The notes beneath the pieces were generated by a model. It did not search any database. It was not told the DNA's origin and was given only the letters and a program-made list of their open reading frames with translations. Shown here piece by piece: positions 18,817 to 52,882 of a stretch of 64,000 bases of DNA. Where the stretch lies: the NCBI RefSeq assembly GCF_009914755.1, contig NC_060948.1, one strand, 5' to 3'. How positions within the stretch are numbered: the first letter of the stretch is position 1; each line of letters opens with the position of its first letter. Made by a program: the position numbers and the translations under genes. The DNA is from the human T2T-CHM13v2.0 reference genome, Homo sapiens.

Positions 18817-19760
18817 CTTGTGTCCTTTGATCTCTTGCAGCAGCTAGGGATCATGGTAAATTTTCTCTCGGATTTCAGAGCTCCATGGATTTGTGTTTTG
18901 AGCTCTGAGTTTCTTTGAGCAAATTTCTGTTCCAAACTGCTATCCAGCCATGACTGGCTGGATGTTTTAGACGTTATGGCAGAAAAGAGACCGGGTCCAG
19001 GATCAGATTTGATCCAGTAGTTAACTGGCTTGAATCCAGTTCGAGTTAGAGGCCTCCTACATCTGACTGGGTCAGAAGGAAAGTGGTAGTAAATGATAAT
19101 ATTGGAAGGTTGTAACATTTGGCTTTTGAAAATTCACAGGGATTTTTGTGTTCTACCCCTTTGTTTCATTTTCTCACACGCTTAGGCAAGAAAAAAAAAT
19201 CATTGGCTAAGTTAATGAAGGGAACCGGGGAGTAAAGCCAATATTTTAGGTAACAATAGGATCCTTAATTTCTGGAAAACTAAGCTCCTTCTGGCTAATA
19301 TATTAGGCCTGGGAAGCAGCAAAGTCTTACAGAAATGGCAAAATCTTATTAAGATAACTTACAGTGGAACATTCCAAATGAATAATGCCCTGAAGTGCAT
19401 TTAAAAATGAGGGCTCCCAAATTAGTCTTATCTAGGGATGCCTATTAATATGCAGAAGCTTCTAAAAAGATTTAGAGATGGCTCGGCCCATCTGGGAGCA
19501 AGTTTGAGTCTTACCAGTTTGATACTGGGTGCTGAGCAAAGTGGCACGTGTCTATGTTTTGTCACATGTATTTTGCTCTGGGCAGAATGAAAAATGTTAA
19601 TTTGGTTACTCCAAGCAACCCCTTGGGCAGCATCTTGCAAAGCTGAGTGGATTCTTCCTGTGATTCCATGATTTTCCATTGTGATGCAGCTTGGCCCCAG
19701 AGCTATAATGTGGTGAGGAGAGTGACAGAGCAAGACACAATCTTTAAAAAAAAAAAAAAT

Positions 19761-23777
<4,017 letters not shown>

Positions 23778-24590
23778 AAAAGGAGGAATTTTTAAGCAAA
23801 ATTATGGGAGGCCATTGTTTTGAACTAAGCTCATGCAATAGGTCCCAACAGAACAAACCAAACCAAAATGGAGTCACTCATGCTAAATGGAACATAATCA
23901 AATTAAGACTTTAAGGAAACACATAAATCCTAGAACAAACCAGGTTTTGTTTTTCTCCTGTAAACAGGATGTTCCAGCATAAGAAGACACCTTCTACTCA
24001 AGTCCTTGTTCCACCTTTTCAAATCTCACTGTTCTATTTCCCAGTGGGCTTCTAAACCAAATAAGTACATTTGCAATGGTAATAGTGACACCAGTGACTG
24101 AAGTTTTGGCCAATCTCTCAAAATTGAGAAAATAACCAAAGGGAAGGCATTGTTAAAGTGAACTAAGTATGTCCTGAGAAGGACTCCATAATTATATATA
24201 TGAGTCCTTGTGGATGACCTGCAACCTACCTTGATAGGTAAACAAGAATGAAAACCTAACTTGAGTGTATGCACCTCAAACAACAGCTACATCTTGGCCA
24301 ATCCCAATGGCCAAACTTCAACCACTCAGGCACTGCCAAATGTTCAAACTGTGCTCAAACAAGGCAAATGCTGAGTTGTTTCTGTACTTCACTTCCGATT
24401 TCGGTATGCCACTTCCCTTTTGTCTATAAATCTTCTTCCACCACATGACTATGCTGGAGTCTCTGTGAATCTGCTGTGATTCTGGGGACTTTCCGATTCG
24501 TGAATTGTTTATTGCTCAATTAAACTCCTTTAAAGTTTTTCTTTTAACAGAACTAACACGGAAGAATTTCCAGATCATGAACAGACGTTT

Positions 24591-25196
24591 TGTAATACCC
24601 AACGTTGTATTAACATGAATAGGCTCTTCCTTAGATAGCTAACCTTGTTTTTAAGATGAATAGACTCTCCCTTAGCTGAGAAAACCAGACAAACTCCATT
24701 TGGCTCCTTCATTTACAAGATATCAAGGGCTCCTTACCCACCCCCTTTCCTCAAGGACTTTAACTTGTGCAAGCTGATTTTCAACATATCAAAGAGTGCA
24801 ATTAACTGATAAAGTGCTGAGGCAAGTGATATCCGCAGTTCCCAGCAAATTACTCAGAGATAATATCATAAAGCCCCCACATTTGTCTGGCAGATAATGT
24901 CCAGAGCCCCCTCACACATCACTTTGTGGTGAATTTAAAGCCTCTGCACCTGGAACAGTTTGTTTTCCTGTAACCATCTGTCTTTTTAAGTTTTTTGTCT
25001 GTTTTTTCTTCTGTAAGTTTATTGCAGCTGGAATCCCCCCTCCCCTCTCTAAACCAATGTATAAAAGAAAATCTAGCCCATTCTTTAGGGCCGAGAGTAT
25101 TTCCTGTGTTAGCCATCTCTCAGTCACCAGCTAATAACGGACTCCTGAATTCGTCTCAAAGTGTGGCATTTCTCTCTAACTCGCTTGGGTACGACA
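24591..25196 (+). mobile_element. Solo LTR6-type (HERV-S71/HERV-T group) LTR
   Basis: TG..CA ends; TSD GTTT (24587-24590 / 25197-25200); TATA-like TATAAAA at ~25060; 3' end CGTCTCAAAGTGTGGC..CTAACTCGCTTGGGTACGACA matches LTR6. Confidence 0.85.
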
Positions 25197-25545
25197 GTTT
25201 CAACTATGGTAGAAGACTCGAGTAAGACAAATACAGCTCCCCTAAATTTGACTATTATTTGGGTTAATGGTGAGTTTAGAAGAAATAAGTTAAGACTACA
25301 CAGAGTGGGCTAAATTGCAAATAAACACTGAAAATATTTCCCAGAAAATATGACTTTGAACAGGCTGCTGCACACCCTGCATGTAGAGATAAACTAAGAA
25401 AAATGTGTGGAGAGTTATTTAAGGACCTGTGGTTAACTCAGTCCTCAAGACATTCCAGGTTTCATCCATGAGTCAAGGAGGACCTCCCAAAAGCTGTTTG
25501 GGACCACACTCTTTGAGTAAGGAGCATACCTTATGATGGAAGCTG

Positions 25546-25709
25546 TGCTTTAGCAGTAGATGACCATTTCCACTGCACAACACGCCGTGCTTTAGCAGAC
25601 AATGACCATTTCCACTGTACAACACGCTGTGCTTTAGCGTCAGATGACCATTTCCACTGCACAACATGACATGCCTTAGCGGAAGATGACTGTTTCCACT
25701 GCACAACAC
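25546..25709. repeat. Minisatellite, 4 x ~42 bp
   Basis: TGCTTTAGC..AGATGACCATTTCCACTGCACAACA x4; explains the repetitive ORFs at 25473-25755. Confidence 0.9.
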
Positions 25710-26102
25710 TACAAGTGCTTACTGCCAGACCAGTGTGAAATATGTTCCAGCACATAATCTATGTCACCAGTGAAGGTGGTGGTTAAGCCTTGGTGCACAC
25801 AAGCTTTCCTGTCCCACAAGAACACAGCATGCTCTCTTTTCGGGTTCCATTCCAATCACGTAACAAACATGACTGCCTTTTTTGTTTTGGCATCAGAAAG
25901 ATCAGAGGAAACTTTGCACTCAACTTAGACAACTCTAAGCTTTTATAACCTGTCTATATCTACAGGTCAGCTTTATCTTATTTATGTATATTTCCTTCAA
26001 CCTGAGTTTTACTTATTTCCACTTTTGCTTTTTAATTCACAGACACCCATAAACTCAGAAAATACAGTGTAAAACAAAGTGAAGAACAAATAAACAACTC
26101 AC

Positions 26103-26161
26103 CAGAGATTTATTCGTTTCTTGTTGCTCTTGGAAACACCCAGAGGACACTGGAAACATAG
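26103..26161 (-). ncRNA. Candidate 59-nt internal exon of a minus-strand non-coding transcript
   Basis: Minus strand: branch-like CCTTAAT, pyrimidine tract TTTGCCTTCTCTTCCAG|, exon, then CTG|GTGAGT consensus donor. Confidence 0.6.
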
Positions 26162-26559
26162 CTGGAAGAGAAGGCAAATGACATCGATTAAGGAGAGAAC
26201 TGGTGAGGTGTGGTCCCAGATTCTTCTGCCCAACACTCTAGACACATTACCTGGAAAAGCCCTCCTCCCTCCGGAAAAAGAAAAACTTCCCCATGGGAGA
26301 AGAGTCCTTCACACCTCATTAGGGGCAGCAAAGACTCAAGTTAAGATAAGATACATCTACAAGTACATTAATTGGTAGGCATTAGATGTACAATTTATTT
26401 TTGAATAAAAATATGTATTACCTACTAATTTAGTAACAATATTACCTAAAGATATAATCTAATAATTTAATACAAAGAAACATTATAAGTTCACTAAAAT
26501 AAATGTTATAGAAATATACTGGGCTGTATTAACTATTTTCCTATTAATATGTGGATTCC

Positions 26560-27152
26560 ACAAATAACTTCATATGAGTATTCCCATGACAGTACATCTT
26601 GCTTTTCTATACCTCAACATCATGGAAAGTACATCTTGCAACCCAGCAATTTTGGCCTACGTTTTTTAAAATGTACATAATATGTATTTCCGGCAGTACA
26701 CCATTCTACACATGTTTCCCAATAACACCTTTCCCTGTATCCAAGCCCTCATATTATGCTCTGACAATAAATTGGGCTTTTCCATCTGACTTGTCCAGAG
26801 AATGGACAATGGAAAATGTGATGCAAATATCCATTGGTTCTTGCCTTTTTGGACACAGTCATATTGTGAAGAGGTCTGGAGCTACCCTGTTGGAGACACA
26901 TTGCCTAGCCAAGAGTCACCACAAACCGCCAGATTGTGAAGGAAACTATCTTAAACCAACCAGGCTCAGTCAAGGCACCAGGCGACTAAGGCCTGTTTTG
27001 TGATCCAGGCAACACAAATATATCAACTACCCAGCTGAACCCACCACACCAAAATGCAGATCCACAGAACTTCAAACAAATAAAATGGTGGTTGTTTTTT
27101 ATAAGCCAGTAAGGTTTAATTAGTTCCTTGAACAGCAAATATTAACTGTTAC
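26560..27152 (+). mobile_element. MLT1-type LTR remnant
   Basis: 3' end AAATAAAATGGTGGTTGTTTTTTATAAGCCAGTAAG..AACAGCAAATATTAACTG. Confidence 0.55.
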
Positions 27153-27989
27153 ACCTAAGTGAATAGAATTCAATATGTTTTTAACGAAATTATGTAGGGG
27201 GAGAAAGTCTTAAATTACAAATGAAATGCAATCAATAGAACTTCACAATCTATGCTAAATTTGGTGATGGACTAGGTTTAATATATCTCAGACACTGGAA
27301 ACAACAAGCTAAGGTTGAAGGAAAGGGACTGTATTTGGAGAGTATTTCAATCTTTTCAAGTATGACAGGTCACTCCTGCACCCCAGACCACACTTTCAGG
27401 CCCCTTCAAATAAGGAATATTTCCTAGCTCCTTGCCTGTTCTTCTCAGCTGAATTCACCTCAACCTTCTGAAAGTTCTTCCAAACCTTCCACTATCACCT
27501 AGTCTTTGCAAATCTTGTGCATTCTAGGGAGTAGAATTAATATTTCCTGAGCGAGGAAAACTGGGATCTTCACCTGTGACCTTTTATCCTCCTCTGAAGC
27601 ACTAGTGAGAGGTTAGACCAGAGGGCTGTTCTTTCAAGTGTGCTTCTTATTCATAGGGAACCCTCCCTTTCGAACTTTATAACACACAGTTAAGACTGAA
27701 GTACCCTTAAGGCTGAAGACCATCATCCAGTACCCCATCTCCCTCGCGGAATCAGTGAGTTCCTCCATGGAAACTAGGTCTCGTATAAACTTCCATAAAT
27801 GCAATCCAGGAGGACTAGGCAGGTCACACAGTGAAGGAGGGAACCAGAAGCTTCACTTGCCAAATAGACACCAGGAAACCCAACTAATACAAACGCCCAG
27901 CTTAAGACTAGAGGCACACGCATTTCGTACTACTCCTCTGGGAATGGGGAACGTCTCCCGAGAACTGTGTGTTAGCACCGGGACAGATG

Positions 27990-28590
27990 GGCAAACTGAG
28001 CTACATGAGGGTTGGTAACCGGGTCTCTCAGCGGCAGGACAGGAGCGCGGCCTGCAGACTCCGGGCCCAGGGCCACCACCCTCGCCTACCCACTCCTGCG
28101 CCTCTGGAACCCGCTTCACTGCTGGGACCCCACGCCTGTCCTCCCAGCCCCCGCCAGGGTCCACGGCCCGCAAATGCACGTCAGGCCCCTCCTGCCCGCG
28201 ATGCGCTCACGCGTCTGCCCCCACAAATGGGGAACACTGGTCTGGCCCCCCAGGATCCCCCGAGGCCCACAGGTTCCTCTTCGCCCTCACACCTACCCAC
28301 AGGGACATAGAACCAAGCCCCAGGCCTGCTCAGCTACAGGACGGCCGCTGGGATCCGCACTTCCGGAGGAAAATGGCGAAGTGGGCGGGGCGGCGCATGC
28401 GCAGAGAGAAAAGCTGGTTCCCAAGGTCCTTCATGGTAACATCATTGGAAGGTGACACTACATTTCCTATGAGGCTCTGTGGTCCCCCGTTAGGAACGCA
28501 CGCCGGACATTCTGTTTTGCCCAGCAGTGAGTCCAGTTACCCGGAGACCCGGACTTGATGGATCAGGACTGGTCCCTACCCACGTGACAC
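27990..28590. promoter_or_regulatory. CpG-rich TATA-less promoter
   Basis: The only non-repeat GC/CpG-rich block. ETS CACTTCCGG 28358-28366; YY1-like AAAATGGCG 28370-28378; GC box 28383-28393; NRF1 palindrome GCGCATGCGC 28393-28402; CCAAT(-) 28444-28448; ZNF143/THAP11-like ACTACATTTCCTA 28457-28469; E-box CACGTGAC 28581-28588. Confidence 0.8.
28297..28370 (-). ncRNA. Candidate first exon of a minus-strand non-coding transcript (5' end uncertain)
   Basis: Donor TGG|GTAGGT at 28297/28296, just downstream of the promoter motifs. Confidence 0.5.
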
Positions 28591-28697
28591 AGATGTGGCA
28601 TTCTGGTTCGTTATTAAATCCTGGTTTCACAGCCTGGGACATTGTGAAAATAATGGAGAAATTCCAATAGAAACCAATTGGTCTATGCTGTTAATGA

Positions 28698-28995
<298 letters not shown>

Positions 28996-29619
28996 TCAAG
29001 TCTATTTTTTATAGATGCATTCGAAAGCATGAAAAAAATCATGTCTCTATTTTACTTTAAATTTTTAAAAACACAACTAATGAATATGGTAATTCTCTTC
29101 CAATCTGCTATCTTTTCTCTCACTAAACTAATATGTGAGCTTTCAATTTACACAGTTAGAAAAAAATGCTCTAGTGTATATACTAGGATAAAATAACAGG
29201 GTCATAAGACAAGTGCACTCCATAATCTTTGTGACAACTTACACTTCCAGTGTCTGATGAACATTTACCCATAAACTCCCAGGTTTCCTCCATCCATCCA
29301 TCAATCAAATCTACCTATCTTTATTTATTTATTGTGCAAAATACCTGAACTTTGCCTTTCCTTCCCTGATTTCTGCCACAAACTAGGCAAGGAGTTCTGC
29401 CTAGGGGTTTTTCAGAGCTCCGGCTACCACCGAGGTTCCTAACAGGGAAATTGCCAGCTTGAATGTTTGGAGTTGATGTGGGAGTGCGTGTGAAATGGGT
29501 GTGGGGTGAAAGGGCAGTGAACTTTGTAGGTGGGTAGATGGGGGTGTGAAGGGCTTTCAGGTAAGAGGCACAGAGGAAACTGGGAGAGGCAGCGAAAGCA
29601 CTTCACACCTCAGATCACC

Positions 29620-29960
29620 AGAAGATGTTCCCACCAGTGCTGTGACAGTTTGCCAGTGCCATGGCAGCACAGGAAGTCCCCACCCCTTGCCATGGAAACA
29701 GCTGGAAGTTACTGCCCATTTCTAGCTATTTCTGAGTAACCCGCCCCTTAATTAGCATGTCATTAAAAGTGAATTATAAAAATGACTACAAGCCACCCCT
29801 AGGCTGCTACTCTGGGAGCACAACCCACGGAGGGCTCCCTGCCCTGCAGGAGCGGACGCAGGGCTGTAACACCGCCAATGCCTCCATAGAGCTGCTTTAT
29901 TCCACCACAGGCTTGCTTTTGGATTCCTTCCTGAGCGACGCCAAGAACCTGCCCTTCCTC
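29620..29960 (+). mobile_element. MER41-family LTR fragment
   Basis: CCCACCAGTGCTGTGACAGTTTGCCAGTGCCATGGCA..GGAAGTTAC..CCCGCCCCTTAATTAGCATG. Confidence 0.6.
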
Positions 29961-30904
29961 AGTGTGACTCTTGCCTAAAACCTATCCCTGGTTTTCTCTT
30001 TTCCTAAGCATGCCCTGAGTTGTTCTTTCATCTCCTCTGAACTTTCAATTGCTCCTCAGTGACTCTATTCTGCAGATCCAGAAAACTCAACCTTAATCTT
30101 CCCAGAGCACTGTTGTCTCCAATATTGGAATCTCTAGCCTTGTTTTCTCAGACACCTAGATTACAGGCCTCTCTCTTGAACACCTATTGGTAAGGTATCT
30201 GGAGATCCTTTAAATACACGATGATTGGCAGGGGTTACATAGGGGAAATCAGTGCCTGACAATTCGCCTTCCAGGATATGGATTTTCATTCCCTCTCTTT
30301 GTGGGCCCCAGTCTCCTATACATAAAAGTAGAGATTGTAATACTCATTTGACTTGCAGATACCTCACCCCGAACCCACCTAATATAATGTAAAAGCCAAG
30401 AATGTAAACCCTTTCCTCACCCCGTGAAGGTAAAATCCTCAGAGCCCAGGAGAGAAGGCTCAGGGATGGTACCTGGGTGTTTCCAACACTAACCATGCAT
30501 TGTAGTTTTTAGTGTTCAAGTTTAAGCTTCTTATGTTAAAGTTACCCCAGCTTTAATTCTATTATAACAAGATTTATTTTTGTAATTCCATTTTTGGATT
30601 CTTGATTTCTTGGTAAAGAAATACAGTTATTTTTGTATACCAATCTTATATAGTGTTACATTCCTAAATTTGTTCATGAGTCCTAACACTTTTTAGTAAA
30701 TTTCTTATGATTTTCTAAATGCAAGATCATGTCATCTGTACATAAAGATAACTGTACTTCTTCCTTTCCAATCTAGATGCCGTTTATTTATTTACATTGC
30801 CAAGTTGTGCCAGCTACCACTGTTATGAAGTAAAAGGGTCTCGCTGCCCAAAGCACTAGAAGCCAGTAACATGACACTGAGTTTTTGAGAAGAGAAAAAC
30901 TTTA

Positions 30905-34976
<4,072 letters not shown>

Positions 34977-35500
34977 TGTTATGGGATCTTTGGAGTGTCA
35001 CTTTTCTGGACAGAAACCTCTATGGCTGGTGGCACCTTTACCTGAGTTTTGCTTGGGCCCCGCCCACTCAGCCTGGCAGGCTGTGCTCAGCTCATGCTAC
35101 CAGGTTGGATCCCATGTTTGCCAAGGGAGACTGCGTGGAGTGGCAAGGGGTGTGTGAGCAAGCATGGGGTCTGGCCACTGTGCCGTCAGACTTCCTGGCT
35201 GCTGCAGTGGGGCAGGTAGCTCCAGGTGCCAACATGGGTGCCAGCTCTCCACAAGTCTGTGGCTGGACCACGGGCACCGCAAGCAGCTTCCGCAGCTGGC
35301 ACACTGGGAACACAGTGGCACCCGGAAGCTTGGAGATACCAGGAACCACGGGGCCCCAAAGAGGGAATCACAGCCCTGGCTCGGGGAGCTCCCAGGTCTG
35401 GGCTTCCCAAAGGGTCACAGCTCTTGTTTCCTTCTCTTTGCCCACAATGTGGCAAGTAAGGGGCATGACTCAGCCCTGTTTGTGTTACAGCTCTTTCAGC
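34977..35500 (-). mobile_element. Partial MER52-type LTR (3' half)
   Basis: Reverse-complement homology to 18290-18816; LTR terminus TGTTA at 34977. Confidence 0.8.
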
Positions 35501-49034
<13,534 letters not shown>

Positions 49035-52000
49035 AGAAGCTCTAATTTCAATGATGATTGTGCTTTTTCTCTCTTCCTCAGCATCTGGCTCATGATAAAA
49101 TTTCAGGTGTCTTGATGGTATCTAAATCAGTTGTTGATTTGGTCCTGGAGAAACACAAGCATAACCTCTATGCCAAGTTATAATTTTACCTATTTCCCAA
49201 CTTTTTGTTATTGGATCTCTCCACCAAACCAGTTGTTCTGCTTCTGTCTTTGCAGCTGGTTTCTGTAGATGCTGTTCAGCTGCTGGTAACATCTGGCCTT
49301 TGGGCAGTCTCAAAAATTTGAAAGTTAATAATGCAAGATTCAATTGTGTATGGGCTATCCCATAATCCCTGTTTCTCCCTCTTTTTTTGTTTTTATTATC
49401 GGTTGTTCATCTGTATGAAATCTTAACTGAGCATTTTCAATTAACTGTGTGGAATGACCCATGTATGAAGAATCAGAAATCACATTAACAGGCATATCAA
49501 AAGCAGTCAACACCTCAATTACAGCTACAAGCTCTGCCTTTTGAGCTGAAGTATAGGGTGTCTGGAAAACTTTAGCTTTTGATCCAGAATAAGAACCTTT
49601 ACCATCACTAGACCCATCTGTGAAACAATGAAAACACTTAGCAGGCTGCAGGTTGTTTACTGCAGGAATTGTAAATGCAAACCTTTCACAGTCTTGCTCA
49701 GCTAAAAGGGTAGTAAAGAAACAGTCTTTTAAATCTGTGACTATTAAAGGCCAATTTTTTGGAATTATAGTAGAGAAGGGAATCCTGGCTGTTATATTTC
49801 CATAGGTTGTATAACTGAATTGATGGCTCTTAAGTCAGTTAACATTCTCCATTTACCTGATTTTTTCTTAATTATGAAAACTGGAGAATTCCAAGGGGAA
49901 AATGTTGGAGCTATGTGCCCATTTTCTAATTGTTCAGTAACTAATTTCTCTAAAGCATCCAGTATCTCTTTGCTTAGCAGCCATTATTCTATCCAAATTG
50001 GCTTATCTGTTAACCATTTTAAAGGTATAGGTTCTGGAGGCTTAACTATGGCCACCATCAAAAATGTTATCCTAATCTTTGGCAGGAACTTTGTCTTTCC
50101 GTTTGAAGCAGTTCTTTCAAAACTTGCAATTTTTTTTCTACTCCTATACCAGGGACATGCCCCATTTCGTGCATCATATGTTGACTTTGAGGGCTGTATT
50201 ATTGTTATGGAATTAGAACTTGTGCTCCCCATTGTCATAATAAATCTCTCCCCCATAAATTTATAGGTACAGAAGTTGCAATTGGTTGAACAGTCCCAGG
50301 TTGTCCATTGGGCCCTTCACAATGCAAAGTATAGCTACTCTGATACACTTCTGGAGCTTTAACAGTTTCCACTGTGTTAAATTGAGTGGGCTGAATTGGC
50401 CACATGGACGGCCAGTGCTGTAGAGAAATAATTGAAATGTCCACTCCTACCAAAAAAAAAAATAGTATCTACCAAACCTTTAAAGTTCTTTCCCTGGATA
50501 GTTATTTCACAGGTAGGATGTTTATCAGTAATTTGATTTAACCAATAAGCTGCCTTGCCTTTTTTGTTTGTGCTTCCAAATCCTCCGGTTCATTTAATTT
50601 CACTTTTTCCCATTCCCACATATGGCACATTCAGGAGCTGTGCTATGAGCACTCCTGGCTGTGCTTTCCAGGGAACAGAAGTAGATATCACAATTTGAAT
50701 TTCTTCATTGTAATCTGAATCAATGACTCCAGTGTGTATTTGTACCCCTTTTAAACTTAAACTAGACCTTCCTAAAAGTAATACCATTGTCCCTGCTCGC
50801 AACGGTCCACAGACTCCTGTTGGGGCCTTTTGCGGGGGTTCCCCAGGCAGAAGGCTCACAGCTTTTGTGCAGCATAGATCTACTGCAGCACTATGGGCTG
50901 TGGTGGGGGACAGATAACGTATGGGGGTGAGGGAATGGCCTGAGATGGAAATGCCCTGGTTTAGAACAGGGCCTGGGATGGACCCCTCAGGGAGTTTCCC
51001 AAAATCGGGTTCCCTTCTTTATCAAACTTAGAGTGACACTGATTAGCCCAAAGTTTTCCTTTTTTACATTTTGGACATATTTCAGGATCAGCAGTTTTGT
51101 TTTTTCCCCTATCTGGTGGCCTGACTCGGTGATTTTTTTTTTTTACATTCTTTTTAGTATGACCATGCTTCCCACAGTTAAAACAAGCTCCAGGAAATAG
51201 AGTATTTCCTTTATCCACTCTCAGTCTTGCCATTGCCTGTGCCAACAAAGTAGCTTTATGTAGATTATCTCTGATATCATCACAGGCCTTGTTATAATCA
51301 ACTAAATGTGCTTTCCCTCTGATAGGTCGCAGAGCAGCCTGGCCATAAGTATTAGCATTGTCAAAACCAATAACTGCAACACTATATCCTAAGCAGCCAA
51401 ATCTGCAATCATCTTTTTAGGAGACTCCTGTAACCAAGCTATAAAATCCACATATGGTTCTCTTGGTCCCTGTTTTATAGCACTAAAGGAAGGGTATTGT
51501 TCTCCACATGAAGTGATTTATTCCAAGCTCTAATGCACACTCCTCTAAGCTGTTCTATGGCATCATCCTGCATGACCACTTGTGCATGTAAACCAGCCCA
51601 GCCACCAACCCCCAGAAGTTGGTCTGCAGTTATATTAATTTGAGGTTGGGCCCAGGCATTGCGAGCAGCCTGAATGGAAGCTTCATCTGCCTACTAAGTT
51701 TTAAATTGTAATAACTGAGCAGGAGTTAGACAAGCTAGAGTAAAAGTGTCCCAGTCAGTAGGAATCATCCGACTGGAAACAGCAACATTCTTTAACAGTC
51801 CCATTTCAAAAGGAGAACCTGTTCCATACTGATTTATAGCTTGTTTAATTTTTTTGAGTAATTTAAAAGGAAAAGGCTCAAATGTAGCTATAATATTTCC
51901 CTGTTGATCTGGGGGGTGTATTCAAACAGGGAACTGCCAAGCCTCTAAATCCCACTTTTGTCTAGCTTGCTGTATTCCTGCCTGAATAGAACTAAGAGCA

Positions 52001-52882
52001 GTCGCTCAAGGCGCTGCTCGAACAGTCACCAGGGCAACTACTTTTCACCCAGTGTCCTCCAGAAAAGAAAGATCTGGAGGGTCGTTTTCTTTAAAATAGT
52101 AATGAGGGTGTGCAGAAGGATAGGGATGAACCTCTCCCTCCTTTTCTGCTTTAGCTTTAGGTGACAAGTAAACCTGGTCTGTAACCTCTACTGTTACTTT
52201 GTTATACTCTCCTTCCTCCTCATCAGTATGAAAAAGTTCCAAGGTAGAACGAACCACAGCCCACACTTGTCCTATTGCTACCCTGATGCTTCCGAGCTCC
52301 CCTTCTTACTCACCACGGGGATTGCTTTAATAGTACTCTGGTGTCCTCCAGCTAGTTCCACTTTCTCCAATCGTTGCTCCAGCGATCCTTTGACCTGTAT
52401 TCGAGCCCCCATGAATGGGCACCACTTGCTGAGACCAGGTCGGTTGGAGAGACCCTAACCCAGCAGCACTAGAGGAATTAAAGACGCACACACAGAAATA
52501 TAGAGGTGTGAAGTGGGAAATCGGGGGGGGGGGGGGCGTCTTACAGCCTTCAGAGCAGAGTCCTGAACAGAGATTTACCGACGTGTTTATTAACAGCAAG
52601 CCAGTCATTAGCATTGTTTCTATAGATATTAGATTAACTAAAAGTATCCCTTATTCTTAAGGCACAGATCACTCATGCTATTGTTTGTGGCTTAAGAATG
52701 CCTTTAAGTAGTTTTCCACCCTGGACGGGCCAGGTATTCCTTGTCCTCATTCCAGTAAACCCACAACTTTCCAGCGTGGGTGTTATGGCCATCATGAACA
52801 TGTCACAGTGCTGCAGAGATTTTGTTTATGGCCAGTTTTGGGGCCAGTTTATGGCCGGATTTGAGGAGGCTTGTTCCCAACA
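49035..52882 (-). mobile_element. HERV-K9 (HML-3) provirus: MER9 5' LTR 52427-52882, decayed gag-pro-pol, no env or 3' LTR
   Basis: MER9 start TGTTGGGAAC..GGCCATAAACTGGCCCCAAAACTGGCC; degenerate Lys PBS at ~52407-52424; gag zinc knuckles (CFNCGKHGHTKK, CPKCKKGKLWANQC); dUTPase (GRSSL, GVIDSDY); protease (NLWGRDLL); RT start (PIPLKWLTDKPIWIE); integrase C-terminus (VWWRDP..W..GKIITW.RGYACV). Confidence 0.9.

Noticed and set aside
17482-18817. Cluster of overlapping 65-135 aa ORFs (similarly 34976-35527 and 27853-28558)
   Set aside because: GC-rich MER52 LTR or CpG-island sequence is poor in stop codons; ORFs occur in all frames
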